A stretch of DNA of 50,973 bases from Acetobacteraceae bacterium (GCA_027365195.1 DAHXNW010000282.1:1-50973); one strand, 5' to 3'. Numbered from the stretch's first letter, positions 36,836 to 47,377 are shown. Program-made: numbers and translations. The notes: a model not told the origin generated them from the sequence alone.

Positions 36836-38329
36836 TCATCGGCGACCCGGGGCGGCGATTTCCGTCACCAGCCGGAATGTCGCCGCGACATCGTCGAGCT
36901 GAAAATGCGGCTGCAACTGGATGGTGCAGCCGAACACGCCCGGGCGCCCGGCCATTTCGCGCACGCTCACCGCACCCGCCACCAGCGGATAGCGCGCCCG
37001 ATTCTCCGCGGCACTCGCACTGCTGGCATTGACGTAGCGCATCAGCCAGCCGTGCAATTGCCGCTCGATCTCATCGGCGGTACGAAACGCGCCGACCATT
37101 TCGCGCCCGAGCATCTTCAAATAATGGGCAAATCGCGAGACACAGAGCATCGCATTGATCTGCGCCGAAAGCCGCGCGTTGGCGTTTGCCGCTAGGTTGG
37201 AAAATTGCACCGGCGTTTGCAGGCTGCGCAGCGCCGAGAAAGCCGCCGCCTCGGTGAAGGCCAGGCCGGCGAGCGGCATCAGCCCGAGCTCGGCGAGGCT
37301 GCGCTCGGCGCGATCGGTGAACACCACATCGAGCGACGGACGCAGCCAGGGCGTGCCGGGATCGCTCGCGAAGGGCTCGCCCGGCAGATCGAGCACCACC
37401 CCGCCGCCGATGCGGTCGGTCTCGCTGCCGCGCACATCGGCCGGCCAGGCATAGGCACCGACCGCGCGCAGGGCGACGGCGGCGAAGGCATAGCCAGCGC
37501 TCATCCACACCCGGCTCGCCGCATCCGGCGCATCCTCGGCATAGCGAAAACCGTCGGCGCGCGCCGTATCGTCGCACCAGGGCGCGCGCGCCAGCACGCG
37601 CGGCAGGGTGATCGCGAGAAACCGGCAATCCTCGCGCTGCGCGAGGCCGCGCCAGCGCGCGTAATCGGCGGCGCGGAACGGGGCTGCGAGATCGGTCACA
37701 TTGGCCAGATCGGCGAATTCATCGACCCCGAGCAGAGCGGGCGAGGCGGCGAGAATGGTGGGTATGAAGGCGGCCGCGGCGACGCCGGTGAGGGCGGTGA
37801 GGGCGGAGACGTCATCGGTCGGCGTGCCGGGGCCAGGGCGGTGGCGCAGTTCATGATCGATCACCAAGAGGCCGAACGGCTCACCGCCGGGCGAGCCGAA
37901 TTCGTCCTCGTATAATTTGCGAAAGAGCTGGCTCTGATCGAATTCCACCGCGCGTTCGAGATCGCGGCAAAGCTCGCTCCAGGCGAGGCCGAGCAGCTTG
38001 AGCTTGATCCGCGCGCCGGGGGGCACCGCCTCGGCGAGCCAGCGCAGGCCGCGCCAACTGCCCTCCAATCGTTGCAGGCGCGGATGATGCAGAATGGCGT
38101 CGAGCTGCGCGCCGATTGCCGCGTCGATCAGCGCCACATCACGGTCGAGCGCTTCCCGCAACGAATCGGGCGCCGCGGCAAACGAGGCGAGCGCTTCGGG
38201 CGAAAACCATTCGGCAAGCGAGGGAGCGGCCAGCCACGCGGCGAGCCGCTCCGCCGCCGCCCGCGCCGGACCGAAGAACCGCCCGGCCAGCACGGCATGG
38301 CGCAGCGGTTGCTCGGGATCGGCGGGCAT
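36836..38329 (-). CDS. TssC paralog (ImpD-like second sheath large-subunit homolog)
   Basis: 497 aa from the internal ATG 38329 of track ORF 36836..39019. Clear paralogy to the adjacent TssC: [11 protein letters not shown] vs [38 protein letters not shown] vs [36 protein letters not shown] in both. Confidence 0.85.
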   Translation of the reverse strand: MPADPEQPLRHAVLAGRFFGPARAAAERLAAWLAAPSLAEWFSPEALASFAAAPDSLREALDRDVALIDAAIGAQLDAILHHPRLQRLEGSWRGLRWLAEAVPPGARIKLKLLGLAWSELCRDLERAVEFDQSQLFRKLYEDEFGSPGGEPFGLLVIDHELRHRPGPGTPTDDVSALTALTGVAAAAFIPTILAASPALLGVDEFADLANVTDLAAPFRAADYARWRGLAQREDCRFLAITLPRVLARAPWCDDTARADGFRYAEDAPDAASRVWMSAGYAFAAVALRAVGAYAWPADVRGSETDRIGGGVVLDLPGEPFASDPGTPWLRPSLDVVFTDRAERSLAELGLMPLAGLAFTEAAAFSALRSLQTPVQFSNLAANANARLSAQINAMLCVSRFAHYLKMLGREMVGAFRTADEIERQLHGWLMRYVNASSASAAENRARYPLVAGAVSVREMAGRPGVFGCTIQLQPHFQLDDVAATFRLVTEIAAPGRR

Positions 38330-38361
38330 CGCCGGATCGGTCGCGGAGATGCCTTGCGGCG

Positions 38362-39861
38362 TCAGGATTTTTGCGGAATGCGCGCGACCATGCGCAGACT
38401 GGTGGTGAGTTCCTCCATCTGCAGCCAGGGGCGCAGATGGGCAACCGCGTTGTACGAGCCCGGCATGCCGGGAATTTCCTTCACCTCCACCGTGGCCTCG
38501 CGCAGCGGGAAACGCGCCTTCATCTCCTGCCCGGCGTTTTCGTTGGTGTTGACGTAATTGGTGATCCAGCGATTGAGCCAGCGCTCGCAATCGCTCGCCT
38601 CCATGAAGCTGCCGATCTTGTCGCGCGCCATCACCTTCAGGTAATGCGCGAAGCGGCTGCTCGCCATGATGTAGGGCAGGCGCGCCGAGATGGCGGCATT
38701 CGCCGTTGCCTCGGGGCGGTCGTATTTCTTCGCCTTCTGCGCCGTCTGCGCACCGAAGAACACCGCATAGTCGGTATTCTTGTAGTGGCAGAGCGGCAAG
38801 AAGCCCTGGTTGGAAAGCTCGAACTCGCGCCGGTCGGTGATGCCGATTTCCGTCGGGCATTTGGCGTCCATGTCGCCATCGTCGGAGGTGAAGACGTGCG
38901 CAGGCAGATTCTCCACCTTGCCGCCGCCCTCGGCGCCGCGAATGGCGACGCAGAAGCCGTATTTGGAGAACGCATCGGTGAGCCGCGTACCCATCACATA
39001 GGCCGCGTTCATCCAGCAATATTCCTGGTGCTGCATCGCGCGCGCCGCACCAGAGGCATCGACCGGCGCCTCCTCATAGGCGAATTCATCGATCGGCTTG
39101 GTCGCCGCACCATACGGGACGCGCGCAATGACGCGCGGCATCACCAGAGAGACGAATCGCGCATCCTCGCTCTCACGGAAATTGCGCCATTTGGTATATT
39201 CCTGGGTTTCGAAGATCTTCGCCAGATCACGCGGTTTGGACAATTCCGTCCAGTCGTTGAAACCGAACATGCCGGCCCCGGCGGCGGAGATGAAGGGCGC
39301 GAAAGAGGCGGCGGCGACGTTGGAAACCAGACGCAGGCTCTCGATGTCGTCGGGATGGTTGGTCCATTCGTAATCGCCGATCAGCGCGCCATAAGGCTCA
39401 CCGCCTGGCGTGCCGAACTCGTTCTCGTAGATTTTCTTGAACAACTGGCTCTGATCGAACTCCACCGCCTTGGTCAGATCGCGGTTCAACTCGCGCTTGG
39501 TGAGATTGAGCATACGGATCTTGAGACTGGTGCCGGTCTCGCTGTTCATCACCAGATGGTGCAAACCCCGCCAACTGCCTTCGAGTTTGAGAAACTTCGG
39601 GTCGTGCATGATGGCATTGAGCTGGGTCGAGAGCTGCCTATCGATCGCGGCGATCGCGCGGTCGAAGGTGCGGGTGAGGTTCTTGTCGAACGTCACCGTG
39701 CCGCTGAGCGCCTGCTCGACCAGCGTTTTCACCAGATCCTGCGCCCGATCGGGCTCGGTCTGCTTCGTCGCGGCGACCACCTGATCGAGCAGACTGACGC
39801 TCCCGCCAGCGCTCTCGCCGACGGCGGCCGCGGCGTCCGGTGCCGCCTGGGTTCCCGACAT
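38362..39861 (-). CDS. tssC: Type VI secretion contractile sheath large subunit TssC (ImpC/VipB)
   Basis: 499 aa with canonical TssC blocks throughout. Confidence 0.95.
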   Translation of the reverse strand: MSGTQAAPDAAAAVGESAGGSVSLLDQVVAATKQTEPDRAQDLVKTLVEQALSGTVTFDKNLTRTFDRAIAAIDRQLSTQLNAIMHDPKFLKLEGSWRGLHHLVMNSETGTSLKIRMLNLTKRELNRDLTKAVEFDQSQLFKKIYENEFGTPGGEPYGALIGDYEWTNHPDDIESLRLVSNVAAASFAPFISAAGAGMFGFNDWTELSKPRDLAKIFETQEYTKWRNFRESEDARFVSLVMPRVIARVPYGAATKPIDEFAYEEAPVDASGAARAMQHQEYCWMNAAYVMGTRLTDAFSKYGFCVAIRGAEGGGKVENLPAHVFTSDDGDMDAKCPTEIGITDRREFELSNQGFLPLCHYKNTDYAVFFGAQTAQKAKKYDRPEATANAAISARLPYIMASSRFAHYLKVMARDKIGSFMEASDCERWLNRWITNYVNTNENAGQEMKARFPLREATVEVKEIPGMPGSYNAVAHLRPWLQMEELTTSLRMVARIPQKS

Positions 39862-39864
39862 CCC

Positions 39865-40374
39865 TCAGCCCTCCGTCTTGTCGAGGCCGAGTTGGCCGGA
39901 CAGCGACTTCAATTCCGCCTCGTTCTTCAGCACTTGTTCGAGCAGACCTTCGAGTTCGTCCGAACGGTCGATCTTGCTCATCAGATCGCGCAGCTTGTTG
40001 CGGGTTTCCATCAGCGCTTTCAGCGCCGGCACCTGCTCGGCGACGCGGGCCGGATCGAAATCGTCCATCGAATTGAATTTGAGATCGACCGCCATCTGGC
40101 TGCCGTCATCGGCGAGAGTGTTGTCCACCTTCAGCTTCACCCCGGGCGTCATGCGCGCGAGAACGTCGTTGAAATTATCGCGATCGATCTGGATGAATTT
40201 GCGTTCCGCCATCGGTCGCAGCGGCTGCGTCGGATCGCCGGAGAAATCGCCCATCACGCCGACGACGAAGGGCAATTCGCGCACCACTTGCGCGCCCTCG
40301 GTCTCGACTTCATAGGTGATATGGACACGCGGCTTGCGCACCCGGTTGAGCTTGTCATGAATGCTGGCGCTCAT
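39865..40374 (-). CDS. tssB: Type VI secretion contractile sheath small subunit TssB (ImpB/VipA)
   Basis: 169 aa. Blocks [37 protein letters not shown]. Confidence 0.95.
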   Translation of the reverse strand: MSASIHDKLNRVRKPRVHITYEVETEGAQVVRELPFVVGVMGDFSGDPTQPLRPMAERKFIQIDRDNFNDVLARMTPGVKLKVDNTLADDGSQMAVDLKFNSMDDFDPARVAEQVPALKALMETRNKLRDLMSKIDRSDELEGLLEQVLKNEAELKSLSGQLGLDKTEG

Positions 40375-40483
40375 GCTACCGCCGTCCCCTCTCGCTATAG
40401 AAATCTATAGATATATCGGGGGGCAGACAGAAGGATATCGGCGTCAGAAACGATTCTGCCGCCGCCCCCGCAACGTGGGTGAA

Positions 40484-40513
40484 ATCATAACGCGCAAAAG
40501 AGCGGCCCGTCAA
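40484..40513 (-). promoter_or_regulatory. Candidate sigma70-type promoter for tssB-tssC...
   Basis: The minus strand reads TTGACG, an 18-nt spacer, then TATGAT. It lies immediately downstream of the tssA stop and about 110 nt upstream of the tssB ATG. Sequence match only. Confidence 0.3.
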
Positions 40514-40520
40514 CGCGAAT

Positions 40521-41633
40521 TCAGCTATTCTCTTCACTTTCGGGCCGGATGCCGAGACTGGTGAGAATGCCTGCGCGCTGGCTGGCGTCCGGCACGATTT
40601 CCTGCATCAGTTCCGCCCAACTCATCCGGCCGCGCCGCGCGGCTTCGCTCAATGTATAGGCGAGCGGCGAATGCGGCTCGGTGCGGCGGAAGAAGGCGGC
40701 GAGGTCGTCGAGCTGGCGCAGCGCCGCCTCGCGCCCCATGGCGCTCCCACCGGCCGTGTTTACGTTCGGCGCAATGTCCGGTCCGGCCTCGGTCGTGGCG
40801 GAGGCGCCATCGACGGTATCCGGCGCTGGCGCCGGCGCGGCGCCGGCGTAGCTCTGCGCGATGTCGAGAATGCGGGCGAGAATGTCGCGCACCCGGCTGG
40901 CCGGAGGCGAGTCCGGCCCGGCATGGGTGTCGAGGGCGAGGGCCAGCGCATTCCATGCCGCCAGCGCGGCGGTGGCGCGATCGCGCAGCGGTGCCATGCT
41001 GGCACGCGCCGCCTGTGCCTCGGCCTGCACGGTATCGAATGGCAGCACCCCGGCATCGAGCCTCTGCTGGCGGCGGGTGGCATCGCCGATGCCGGCGAGT
41101 TCAGCCGATTGTTCATACTGCCACAGCGCCATCGGCGCACCATCCGGACGGGTGTAGAGCGCGAGCTTGCGCAGCGGCTGGATCAGCGTGCCGTCGCCGC
41201 CCACGCCATTCAGCCCGCCGATCGGCGCCACCCTCGTTGCGATGCCGTCTTCATCGGGCATCGGATAGAGTTGCTCCCAGAACCCCTCGACCATCCCAGC
41301 CATCAGCGCCGCCCCCGCCTGTAGCCCGGCCAGACCGTCACTGCGCAGTAACGATTCCGTGAGCCAAGTGGCGATTTCGAGATCCTTGCTATGGTTTGCA
41401 AGCGCGGTGAGGGCGAGCTCGCGGATGGTGCGCCATTGCGGCGGGCTTGCTTCGCTTTGTGCTTCCGCATCGGCGGCGCGCTCGGCGGCGCGGGCGTCGG
41501 CGCGGGCGTCGCGCAGACGATAATAGAGGGACTGCGGCGAGAAATCCTCCCGCAGATCCACACCGGCGGCCATCTCGCCGGCGATCGGCGCCAGCAGGGC
41601 GGCAAGATCGAAGTCCGGCAGTAGAATTTCCAT
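40521..41633 (-). CDS. tssA: Type VI secretion protein TssA (ImpA N-terminal domain family)
   Basis: 370 aa from the internal ATG 41633 (MEILLPDFDLAALLAPI...) of the 1288-aa track ORF. ImpA_N blocks GVDLREDFSPQSLYYRLRDAR and SKDLEIATWLTESLLR. The remainder of the track ORF is antisense to clpV. Confidence 0.8.
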   Translation of the reverse strand: MEILLPDFDLAALLAPIAGEMAAGVDLREDFSPQSLYYRLRDARADARAAERAADAEAQSEASPPQWRTIRELALTALANHSKDLEIATWLTESLLRSDGLAGLQAGAALMAGMVEGFWEQLYPMPDEDGIATRVAPIGGLNGVGGDGTLIQPLRKLALYTRPDGAPMALWQYEQSAELAGIGDATRRQQRLDAGVLPFDTVQAEAQAARASMAPLRDRATAALAAWNALALALDTHAGPDSPPASRVRDILARILDIAQSYAGAAPAPAPDTVDGASATTEAGPDIAPNVNTAGGSAMGREAALRQLDDLAAFFRRTEPHSPLAYTLSEAARRGRMSWAELMQEIVPDASQRAGILTSLGIRPESEENS

Positions 41634-41729
41634 TGCAATCTCCACACGGACACTGGACAGGGCATCGGCTAGCACATAGTCTGCTTTCGCGAAACCGTGG
41701 CAGGTTTTCGCAACTGACGGGGGAAGTTC

Positions 41730-44357
41730 ATGGTTGCGGTGGATTTGAAGTCGCTCATCGGGCGGCTCGACGATCATTGCCGTCGCGCATTGGAGGCCGC
41801 TGCCGGGCTGACGTTGTCCCGCAGCCACTATAATGTCGAACTCGAGCACTGGCTGCTCAAACTCGCCGATGCCAACGACGCCGATATCGCCGCCATCCTG
41901 CGTCATTACGATGCCGATGCCGGGCGGTTTTTCGCCGATCTCAATCGTGCGCTCGATCGGATGAAAACCGGTAACGCCCGCCCGCCCGGCCTGTCGCCCG
42001 ATATCGTCGAACTGGCCAAGCAGGCTTGGCTGCTCGCCTCGGTGGAACAGGGCGGCGCGCGCGTGCGTTCGGGCCATCTGCTCTGGGCCTTGCTCGCCGA
42101 CGAGACGCTGGCGCGGCGTGGCCATGAAGCCTCTGGTCAGTTGCTGAAAATTCCGCCCGACGCGCTCAAGCGCGATTTCGCGGCCGTGACCGCCGGCAGC
42201 AGTGAAGCCGCAGCCGCGGCGGCATCGGGCGAGACTGCGGCCGCCGATGCGCCGCCGCGTGCGGCGGGTTCGGCGGCGCTCGATCAATACACCATCGATC
42301 TCACCGCGCGGGCCAGGGCGGGCAAGATCGACCCGATTCTGGGGCGCGACTTCGAAATTCGCCAGGTGATCGACATCCTCACCCGCCGCCGCCAGAACAA
42401 CCCGATCCTTACCGGCGAGGCGGGTGTCGGCAAGACCGCCGTGGTGGAGGGGTTTGCCGCCCGCATCGCTGCCGGTGACGTGCCGGCGGCGCTGAAGGAC
42501 GTGGTGCTGCGCACGCTCGATCTCGGTCTTTTGCAAGCTGGCGCGGGGGTGAAGGGCGAATTCGAGAACCGGCTGAAATCGGTGATCGAGGAGGTGAAGG
42601 CCTCGCCCAAGCCGATCATTTTGTTCATCGACGAAGCGCATACGCTGATCGGCGCGGGCGGCTCGGCGGGGCAGGGCGATGCCGCCAATCTGCTCAAGCC
42701 GGCGTTGGCGCGCGGCGAATTGCGCACGGTCGCCGCGACCACATGGGCCGAGTACAAGAAGTATTTCGAGAAGGATGCGGCACTCACCCGGCGGTTCCAG
42801 GTGGTGAAGGTGGAGGAGCCGAGCGAGCCAGTGGCGATCGCCATGGTGCGCGGCCTCGTCGCCACGCTGGAAAAGCACCATGGCACGCGCATTCTCGACG
42901 AAGCGGTGAGCGAGGCGGTGCGGCTCTCGGCGCGCTATATCCCGAGCCGGCAACTGCCGGACAAGGCGGTCTCGCTGATCGACACCGCCTGCGCGCGGGT
43001 GGCGATGAGCCAGAGCGCCATCCCCGGCCCGATCGAGGATCGCCGCCGGCGGATCGAACTGATCGACACCGAGCTCGCCATTCTCGCGCGCGAACTCGCC
43101 GCCGGCGGCGAGCATGCGGCGCGGCAGGAGGAGCTGGGCACCGAGCGCGCGCAGGCGGCGGCGCGGCTCGCCGAGCTGGAGACGCAATGGGAGGCCGAGC
43201 GCGGGCTGGCGCAGGAGATCGCCGCCGCGCGTGCCGCCGCCGAGGCGGCCGAGGCCGGCCCGGCGCAGGAGGAACAGCGCAACCGGCTCGGCGGCCTGCG
43301 CGCGCAACTGGCGGCGGTGCAGGGCGAGCATCCGCTGGTCTACCCGGTCGTCGATGGCCAGGCGGTGGCGGAGATCGTCGCCAACTGGACCGGCATTCCC
43401 ACCGGGCGGATGCGCGCCGATGAAATTCGCACCGTGCTCAATCTGCGCGAGACGATGGAGCGGCGCATCGTCGGCCAGCCGCATGCGCTGGAGGCGGTGG
43501 CGCAGTCGATCCGCACCGCGCGCGCCAAGCTCACCGATCCGCGCAAGCCGATCGGCGTGTTCCTCATGGTCGGCACCTCCGGCGTCGGCAAGACCGAGAC
43601 GGCATTGACGCTCGCCGATCTGCTCTATGGCGGCGAGCAGAACATGACGGTCATCAACATGACCGAGTTCAAGGAGGAGCATAAGGTCAGCCTGCTGATG
43701 GGCAGCCCGCCCGGTTATGTCGGCTATGGCGAGGGCGGCATCCTTACCGAGGCGGTGCGCCGGCGGCCCTATTCGGTGGTGCTGCTCGACGAGATGGAGA
43801 AAGCGCATCCGGGGGTGCAGGACATCTTTTTCCAGGTGTTCGACAAAGGCAGCATGACGGATGGCGAGGGGCGCGAGATCGACTTCAAAAACACCATCAT
43901 CATCATGACCTCCAACGCCGGCACCGATCTGATCACCAAGCTGTTCGCCGACCCCGAGACCGCGCCGGACGCGGCCGGGCTCGCGGAGGCGCTCCGGCCG
44001 GAGTTGATGAAGCATTTCAAGCCGGCTTTTCTCGGTCGCCTCACCCTGGTGCCGTATTTTCCGCTCTCCGAGGCGATCATACGCCAGATCGTCGTGCTGC
44101 AGCTCGCGCGCATCGCCTCCCGCGTGCGCGAAGCCTATCGCGCCGAATTCAATTACGCGCCGGAACTGGTCGAGACGATCGCCGCGCGCTGCACCGAGAG
44201 CGCCTCGGGGGCGCGCAACATCGAGAACATCCTCTCCCGCACCCTGCTGCCCGAGCTTTCGGCCGAGGTGCTGGCACGGCTGGCGGAGGCCGCGCCAATA
44301 CGGCGGATTTCCGTCGGTCTCGACCCCTCCGGCGGCTTCCAATACGAACTCGCCTGA
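41730..44357 (+). CDS. clpV: Type VI secretion AAA+ ATPase ClpV (TssH)
   Basis: 875 aa. Clp N-domain, two AAA+ modules (Walker A GEAGVGKTA and GTSGVGKTE, Walker B LFIDEAH and VVLLDEMEKAH). Confidence 0.95.
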   Translation: MVAVDLKSLIGRLDDHCRRALEAAAGLTLSRSHYNVELEHWLLKLADANDADIAAILRHYDADAGRFFADLNRALDRMKTGNARPPGLSPDIVELAKQAWLLASVEQGGARVRSGHLLWALLADETLARRGHEASGQLLKIPPDALKRDFAAVTAGSSEAAAAAASGETAAADAPPRAAGSAALDQYTIDLTARARAGKIDPILGRDFEIRQVIDILTRRRQNNPILTGEAGVGKTAVVEGFAARIAAGDVPAALKDVVLRTLDLGLLQAGAGVKGEFENRLKSVIEEVKASPKPIILFIDEAHTLIGAGGSAGQGDAANLLKPALARGELRTVAATTWAEYKKYFEKDAALTRRFQVVKVEEPSEPVAIAMVRGLVATLEKHHGTRILDEAVSEAVRLSARYIPSRQLPDKAVSLIDTACARVAMSQSAIPGPIEDRRRRIELIDTELAILARELAAGGEHAARQEELGTERAQAAARLAELETQWEAERGLAQEIAAARAAAEAAEAGPAQEEQRNRLGGLRAQLAAVQGEHPLVYPVVDGQAVAEIVANWTGIPTGRMRADEIRTVLNLRETMERRIVGQPHALEAVAQSIRTARAKLTDPRKPIGVFLMVGTSGVGKTETALTLADLLYGGEQNMTVINMTEFKEEHKVSLLMGSPPGYVGYGEGGILTEAVRRRPYSVVLLDEMEKAHPGVQDIFFQVFDKGSMTDGEGREIDFKNTIIIMTSNAGTDLITKLFADPETAPDAAGLAEALRPELMKHFKPAFLGRLTLVPYFPLSEAIIRQIVVLQLARIASRVREAYRAEFNYAPELVETIAARCTESASGARNIENILSRTLLPELSAEVLARLAEAAPIRRISVGLDPSGGFQYELA

Positions 44358-44402
44358 GTCCGCAAACGCAATCTCAACCCCGGCCAACAGCAGGAGACGT
44401 GC

Positions 44403-44879
44403 ATGGCAATCTACATGAAATTCGGCGATATCAAGGGCGATGCGACCACCGAAGGCTTGAAGGACTGGATCCAGATCAGTTCGTTCCAGTTCGGCGTCGG
44501 GCGCGGCATCTCCTCGCCCTCGGGCAGCGATAAATCGCGCGAGTCGAGTGAGCCTTCGCTGAGCGAGGTGACGGTGACGAAAAGCATGGATTCCGCATCG
44601 CCAAAGCTGCTCGGCGATGCCTGGGGCGGCGAACTCGGCAGCAAGGTGGATATCAAATTCACCACCACGACGAAAAACACGGTGGTGGATTTTCTCACCT
44701 ACTCCCTGGAGAACTGCGGCCTCAGCGGCTATTCGGTGAGCAGCGGCGGCGATTTGCCGCAGGAAAGCCTGTCGCTCAACTATACCAAGATCTCCGTCAC
44801 CTTCAAGCCGATGGACCCGACCAACAAGTCGCAGCCGGCGACGGTATTCTACGATCTCACCCAGATGAAGGCAGGCTGA
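44403..44879 (+). CDS. hcp: Type VI secretion tube protein Hcp (TssD)
   Basis: 158 aa. N-terminus MAIYMKFGDIKGDATTEGLKDWIQISSFQFGV and SLNYTKISV are typical of Hcp. AGGAG Shine-Dalgarno upstream. Confidence 0.9.
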   Translation: MAIYMKFGDIKGDATTEGLKDWIQISSFQFGVGRGISSPSGSDKSRESSEPSLSEVTVTKSMDSASPKLLGDAWGGELGSKVDIKFTTTTKNTVVDFLTYSLENCGLSGYSVSSGGDLPQESLSLNYTKISVTFKPMDPTNKSQPATVFYDLTQMKAG

Positions 44880-44891
44880 ACCGCGCGATAG

Positions 44892-44918
44892 GGCGTCGTG
44901 GCTTCGTGCCGCGACGCC
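44892..44918 (+). terminator. Candidate stem-loop terminator after hcp
   Basis: GGCGTCG-T-GGC TTCGT GCC-G-CGACGCC hairpin 13 nt after the hcp stop. No clear U-tract follows, so confidence is low. Confidence 0.35.
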
Positions 44919-44999
44919 TGATGTCTGCGCGGCTCCCCTTGCCGGCCCGGCGCGCCGCGTCTAGGTAGAAGAGGTTGACGCGCAGCGAGGGAGCAGGCG

Positions 45000-46025
45000 A
45001 TGGCGAGGGCGGCGCAAACCGAAAAGCGCGGCAAAAAACGGGCTGAGGCGGCCGATCCGAGCCGGCTCACCATGGAGCAATTGCGCCAAGCCTATGCCGA
45101 TATGCTGCTAATCCGCCGCTTCGAGGAGAAGGCCGGACAGCTCTATGGCATGGGGTTGATCGGCGGATTTTGCCATCTCTACATCGGACAGGAAGCGGTC
45201 GTGGTAGGGGTGAAGCTCGCCCTCAAGGAGGGTGATCAGGTCGTCACCAGCTATCGCGATCATGGCCATATGCTGGCGACCGGCATGGACCCGCGCGGCG
45301 TGATGGCGGAACTGACCGGGCGGCGTGACGGGTATTCGCGCGGCAAGGGCGGCTCGATGCACATGTTCTCGCGCGAGCGGCAGTTTTTCGGCGGCCATGG
45401 CATCGTCGGCGCGCAGGTGAGCATCGGCGCCGGGGTTGCCTTCGCCAATCACTATCGCGGCAACGATCATCTCTGCGTCACCTATTACGGCGAGGGCGCC
45501 TCCAACCAGGGGCAGGTGTACGAGAGCTACAACATCGCCGCCCTGATGCATCTGCCGGTGCTATTCGTCATCGAGAACAACAAATACGGCATGGGCACCA
45601 GCGTCGATCGGGCGAGTGCGTCCAAGGATCTGTCGCAGAACGCGCATCCCTGGGGCATTCCCGGCGTGCAGGTGGACGGTATGGACGTGGCTTCGGTATA
45701 TGCGGCGGCGCGCGCGGCGGTTCTGCACATCCGCGCCGGCCGCGGGCCTTATCTGCTGGAGATGCAGACCTATCGCTATCGCGGCCATTCGATGTCCGAC
45801 CCGGCGAAATACCGTACCCGCGAGGAGGTGCAGAAGATGCGCACCGAGCGTGACTGCATCGAGCATGCGCGCGAGCAACTCGTGGCGCTCGGGGTGGCGG
45901 AGAGCGAACTCAAGCAGATCGACGAGGCGATCAAGAATCGGGTGCAGGATGCCGCCGCCTTCGCCCAGGCGAGCCCCGAGCCCGATCCGGCCGAGCTCTG
46001 GACCGATGTCATGGCGGAGGCGTGA
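45000..46025 (+). CDS. pdhA: Pyruvate dehydrogenase E1 component subunit alpha
   Basis: 341 aa. Blocks [48 protein letters not shown]. Confidence 0.95.
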   Translation: MARAAQTEKRGKKRAEAADPSRLTMEQLRQAYADMLLIRRFEEKAGQLYGMGLIGGFCHLYIGQEAVVVGVKLALKEGDQVVTSYRDHGHMLATGMDPRGVMAELTGRRDGYSRGKGGSMHMFSRERQFFGGHGIVGAQVSIGAGVAFANHYRGNDHLCVTYYGEGASNQGQVYESYNIAALMHLPVLFVIENNKYGMGTSVDRASASKDLSQNAHPWGIPGVQVDGMDVASVYAAARAAVLHIRAGRGPYLLEMQTYRYRGHSMSDPAKYRTREEVQKMRTERDCIEHAREQLVALGVAESELKQIDEAIKNRVQDAAAFAQASPEPDPAELWTDVMAEA

Positions 46026-46030
46026 GGCCG

Positions 46031-47377
46031 ATGAGCACGCAGATTCTGATGCCCGCGCTCAGCCCGACGATGACCGAGGGCAAGCTCGCCCGCTGGCTCA
46101 AGCGGGTGGGCGATGCGATCATCGCCGGCGACGTGATCGCCGAGATCGAGACCGACAAGGCGACGATGGAAGTGGAAGCGGTGGACGAAGGCAATCTGGC
46201 GCAGATCCTGGTCGAGGAGGGGACCGAGGGGGTGGCGGTGAACACGCCGATCGCGGTGTTGGATGCCGAGGGCGAGACGGCGGCCAGCGCCGCACCCGCT
46301 CCGGTCATGCCGCCGGCCACGAAAGCGGCTGCGGCACCCGCGCCCGCTCCGCTCGCACCGGCTGCTGCGGCGGAGAAGGATTGGGGGCCGGCCGCACCGC
46401 TCTCGGTGCGCGAGGCGCTGCGCGATGCGATGGCCGCCGAGATGCGCGCCGATGCGAACGTGTTCCTGATGGGCGAGGAGGTGGCGCAGTATCAGGGCGC
46501 CTATAAGATCAGCCAGGGGTTGCTCGAGGAATTCGGCGCGCGCCGGGTGATCGATACGCCGATCACCGAGCACGGCTTCACCGGTGTCGCGGTGGGCGCG
46601 GCGATGGCCGGGCTGCGGCCGATTTTGGAGTTCATGACCTTCAATTTCGCCATGCAGGCGATCGACCAGATCATCAACTCGGCGGCCAAGACGCGCTATA
46701 TGTCGGGCGGCCAGATGAGCTGCCCGATCGTCTTTCGCGGCCCGAACGGCGCCGCCTCGCGCGTCGCCGCCCAGCACAGCCAGTGCTACGCCAGTTGGTA
46801 TGCGCATGTGCCGGGGCTGAAAGTGGTGGCGCCGTGGTCCTCGGCCGATGCCAAGGGCCTGCTGCGCGCCGCCATCCGCGATCCCAACCCGGTGATTTTC
46901 CTGGAGAACGAAATTCTCTACGGCCAGAGCTTCGACTGCCCGACGGCGGAGGATTTCATCCTGCCGATCGGCCGCGCCAAGGTGGAGCGGACGGGCGGGC
47001 ATGTGACCCTGGTCGCCTTCAGCATCATGGTCGGCGTGGCGATGCAGGCGGCGCAGGCGCTGGCGGCGGAGGGCATCGAGGCGGAGGTGATCAACCTGCG
47101 CACCCTGCGCCCGCTCGATATCGACACCGTGGCGGCGAGCGTGCGCAAGACCGGCCGGCTGATCACCGTCGAGGAAGGCTGGCCCTATGCCGGCATCGGC
47201 GCCGAGGTCTGCATGCAGATCATCGAGCAGTGCTTCGACTGGCTGGACGCGCCGCCGATGCGGGTGCATGGCGCGGACGTGCCGCTGCCCTATGCCGCCA
47301 ATCTCGAAAAGCTCGCCTTGCCGCAGACGGAATGGGTCATCGAGGCGGCGCGCAAGATCACCCAGGGCAGCAGATAA
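46031..47377 (+). CDS. pdhB: Pyruvate dehydrogenase E1 component subunit beta with N-terminal lipoyl domain
   Basis: Start at ATG 46031 ([18 protein letters not shown]). Lipoyl motif [12 protein letters not shown], Ala/Pro linker, then the E1-beta body ([22 protein letters not shown]). The track ORF uses GTG 46022. Confidence 0.95.
   Translation: MSTQILMPALSPTMTEGKLARWLKRVGDAIIAGDVIAEIETDKATMEVEAVDEGNLAQILVEEGTEGVAVNTPIAVLDAEGETAASAAPAPVMPPATKAAAAPAPAPLAPAAAAEKDWGPAAPLSVREALRDAMAAEMRADANVFLMGEEVAQYQGAYKISQGLLEEFGARRVIDTPITEHGFTGVAVGAAMAGLRPILEFMTFNFAMQAIDQIINSAAKTRYMSGGQMSCPIVFRGPNGAASRVAAQHSQCYASWYAHVPGLKVVAPWSSADAKGLLRAAIRDPNPVIFLENEILYGQSFDCPTAEDFILPIGRAKVERTGGHVTLVAFSIMVGVAMQAAQALAAEGIEAEVINLRTLRPLDIDTVAASVRKTGRLITVEEGWPYAGIGAEVCMQIIEQCFDWLDAPPMRVHGADVPLPYAANLEKLALPQTEWVIEAARKITQGSR

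Noticed and set aside
36822-36839. tagJ start at ATG 36839 (ATGA overlap with the impD-like stop)
   Set aside because: Kept only as an alternative. The downstream ATG 36821 is preceded by GGGAGG with 8-nt spacing, which lies inside the putative first six codons, so 36821 is the better start.
38116-40410. 764-aa plus-strand ORF
   Set aside because: Antisense shadow of tssC and tssB, which are unambiguous on the minus strand.
41698-41712. Sigma54-like TGGCAG-N-CGCA sequence upstream of clpV
   Set aside because: The GG-to-GC spacing is 9 nt rather than the required 10 and the -12 element reads CGCA, not TTGC. It lies only about 20 nt before the clpV ATG, which would leave no room for the GGGGGAAG ribosome-binding site in the transcript.
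41634-44387. Upstream 918 codons of the 1288-aa minus-strand ORF 40521..44387
   Set aside because: This part is antisense to clpV, whose plus-strand product has unambiguous AAA+ motifs. Its translation is Arg/Ala/Gly/Pro-rich low-complexity sequence typical of shadow ORFs in high-GC DNA. Only the last 370 codons (TssA, from ATG 41633) show real family features.
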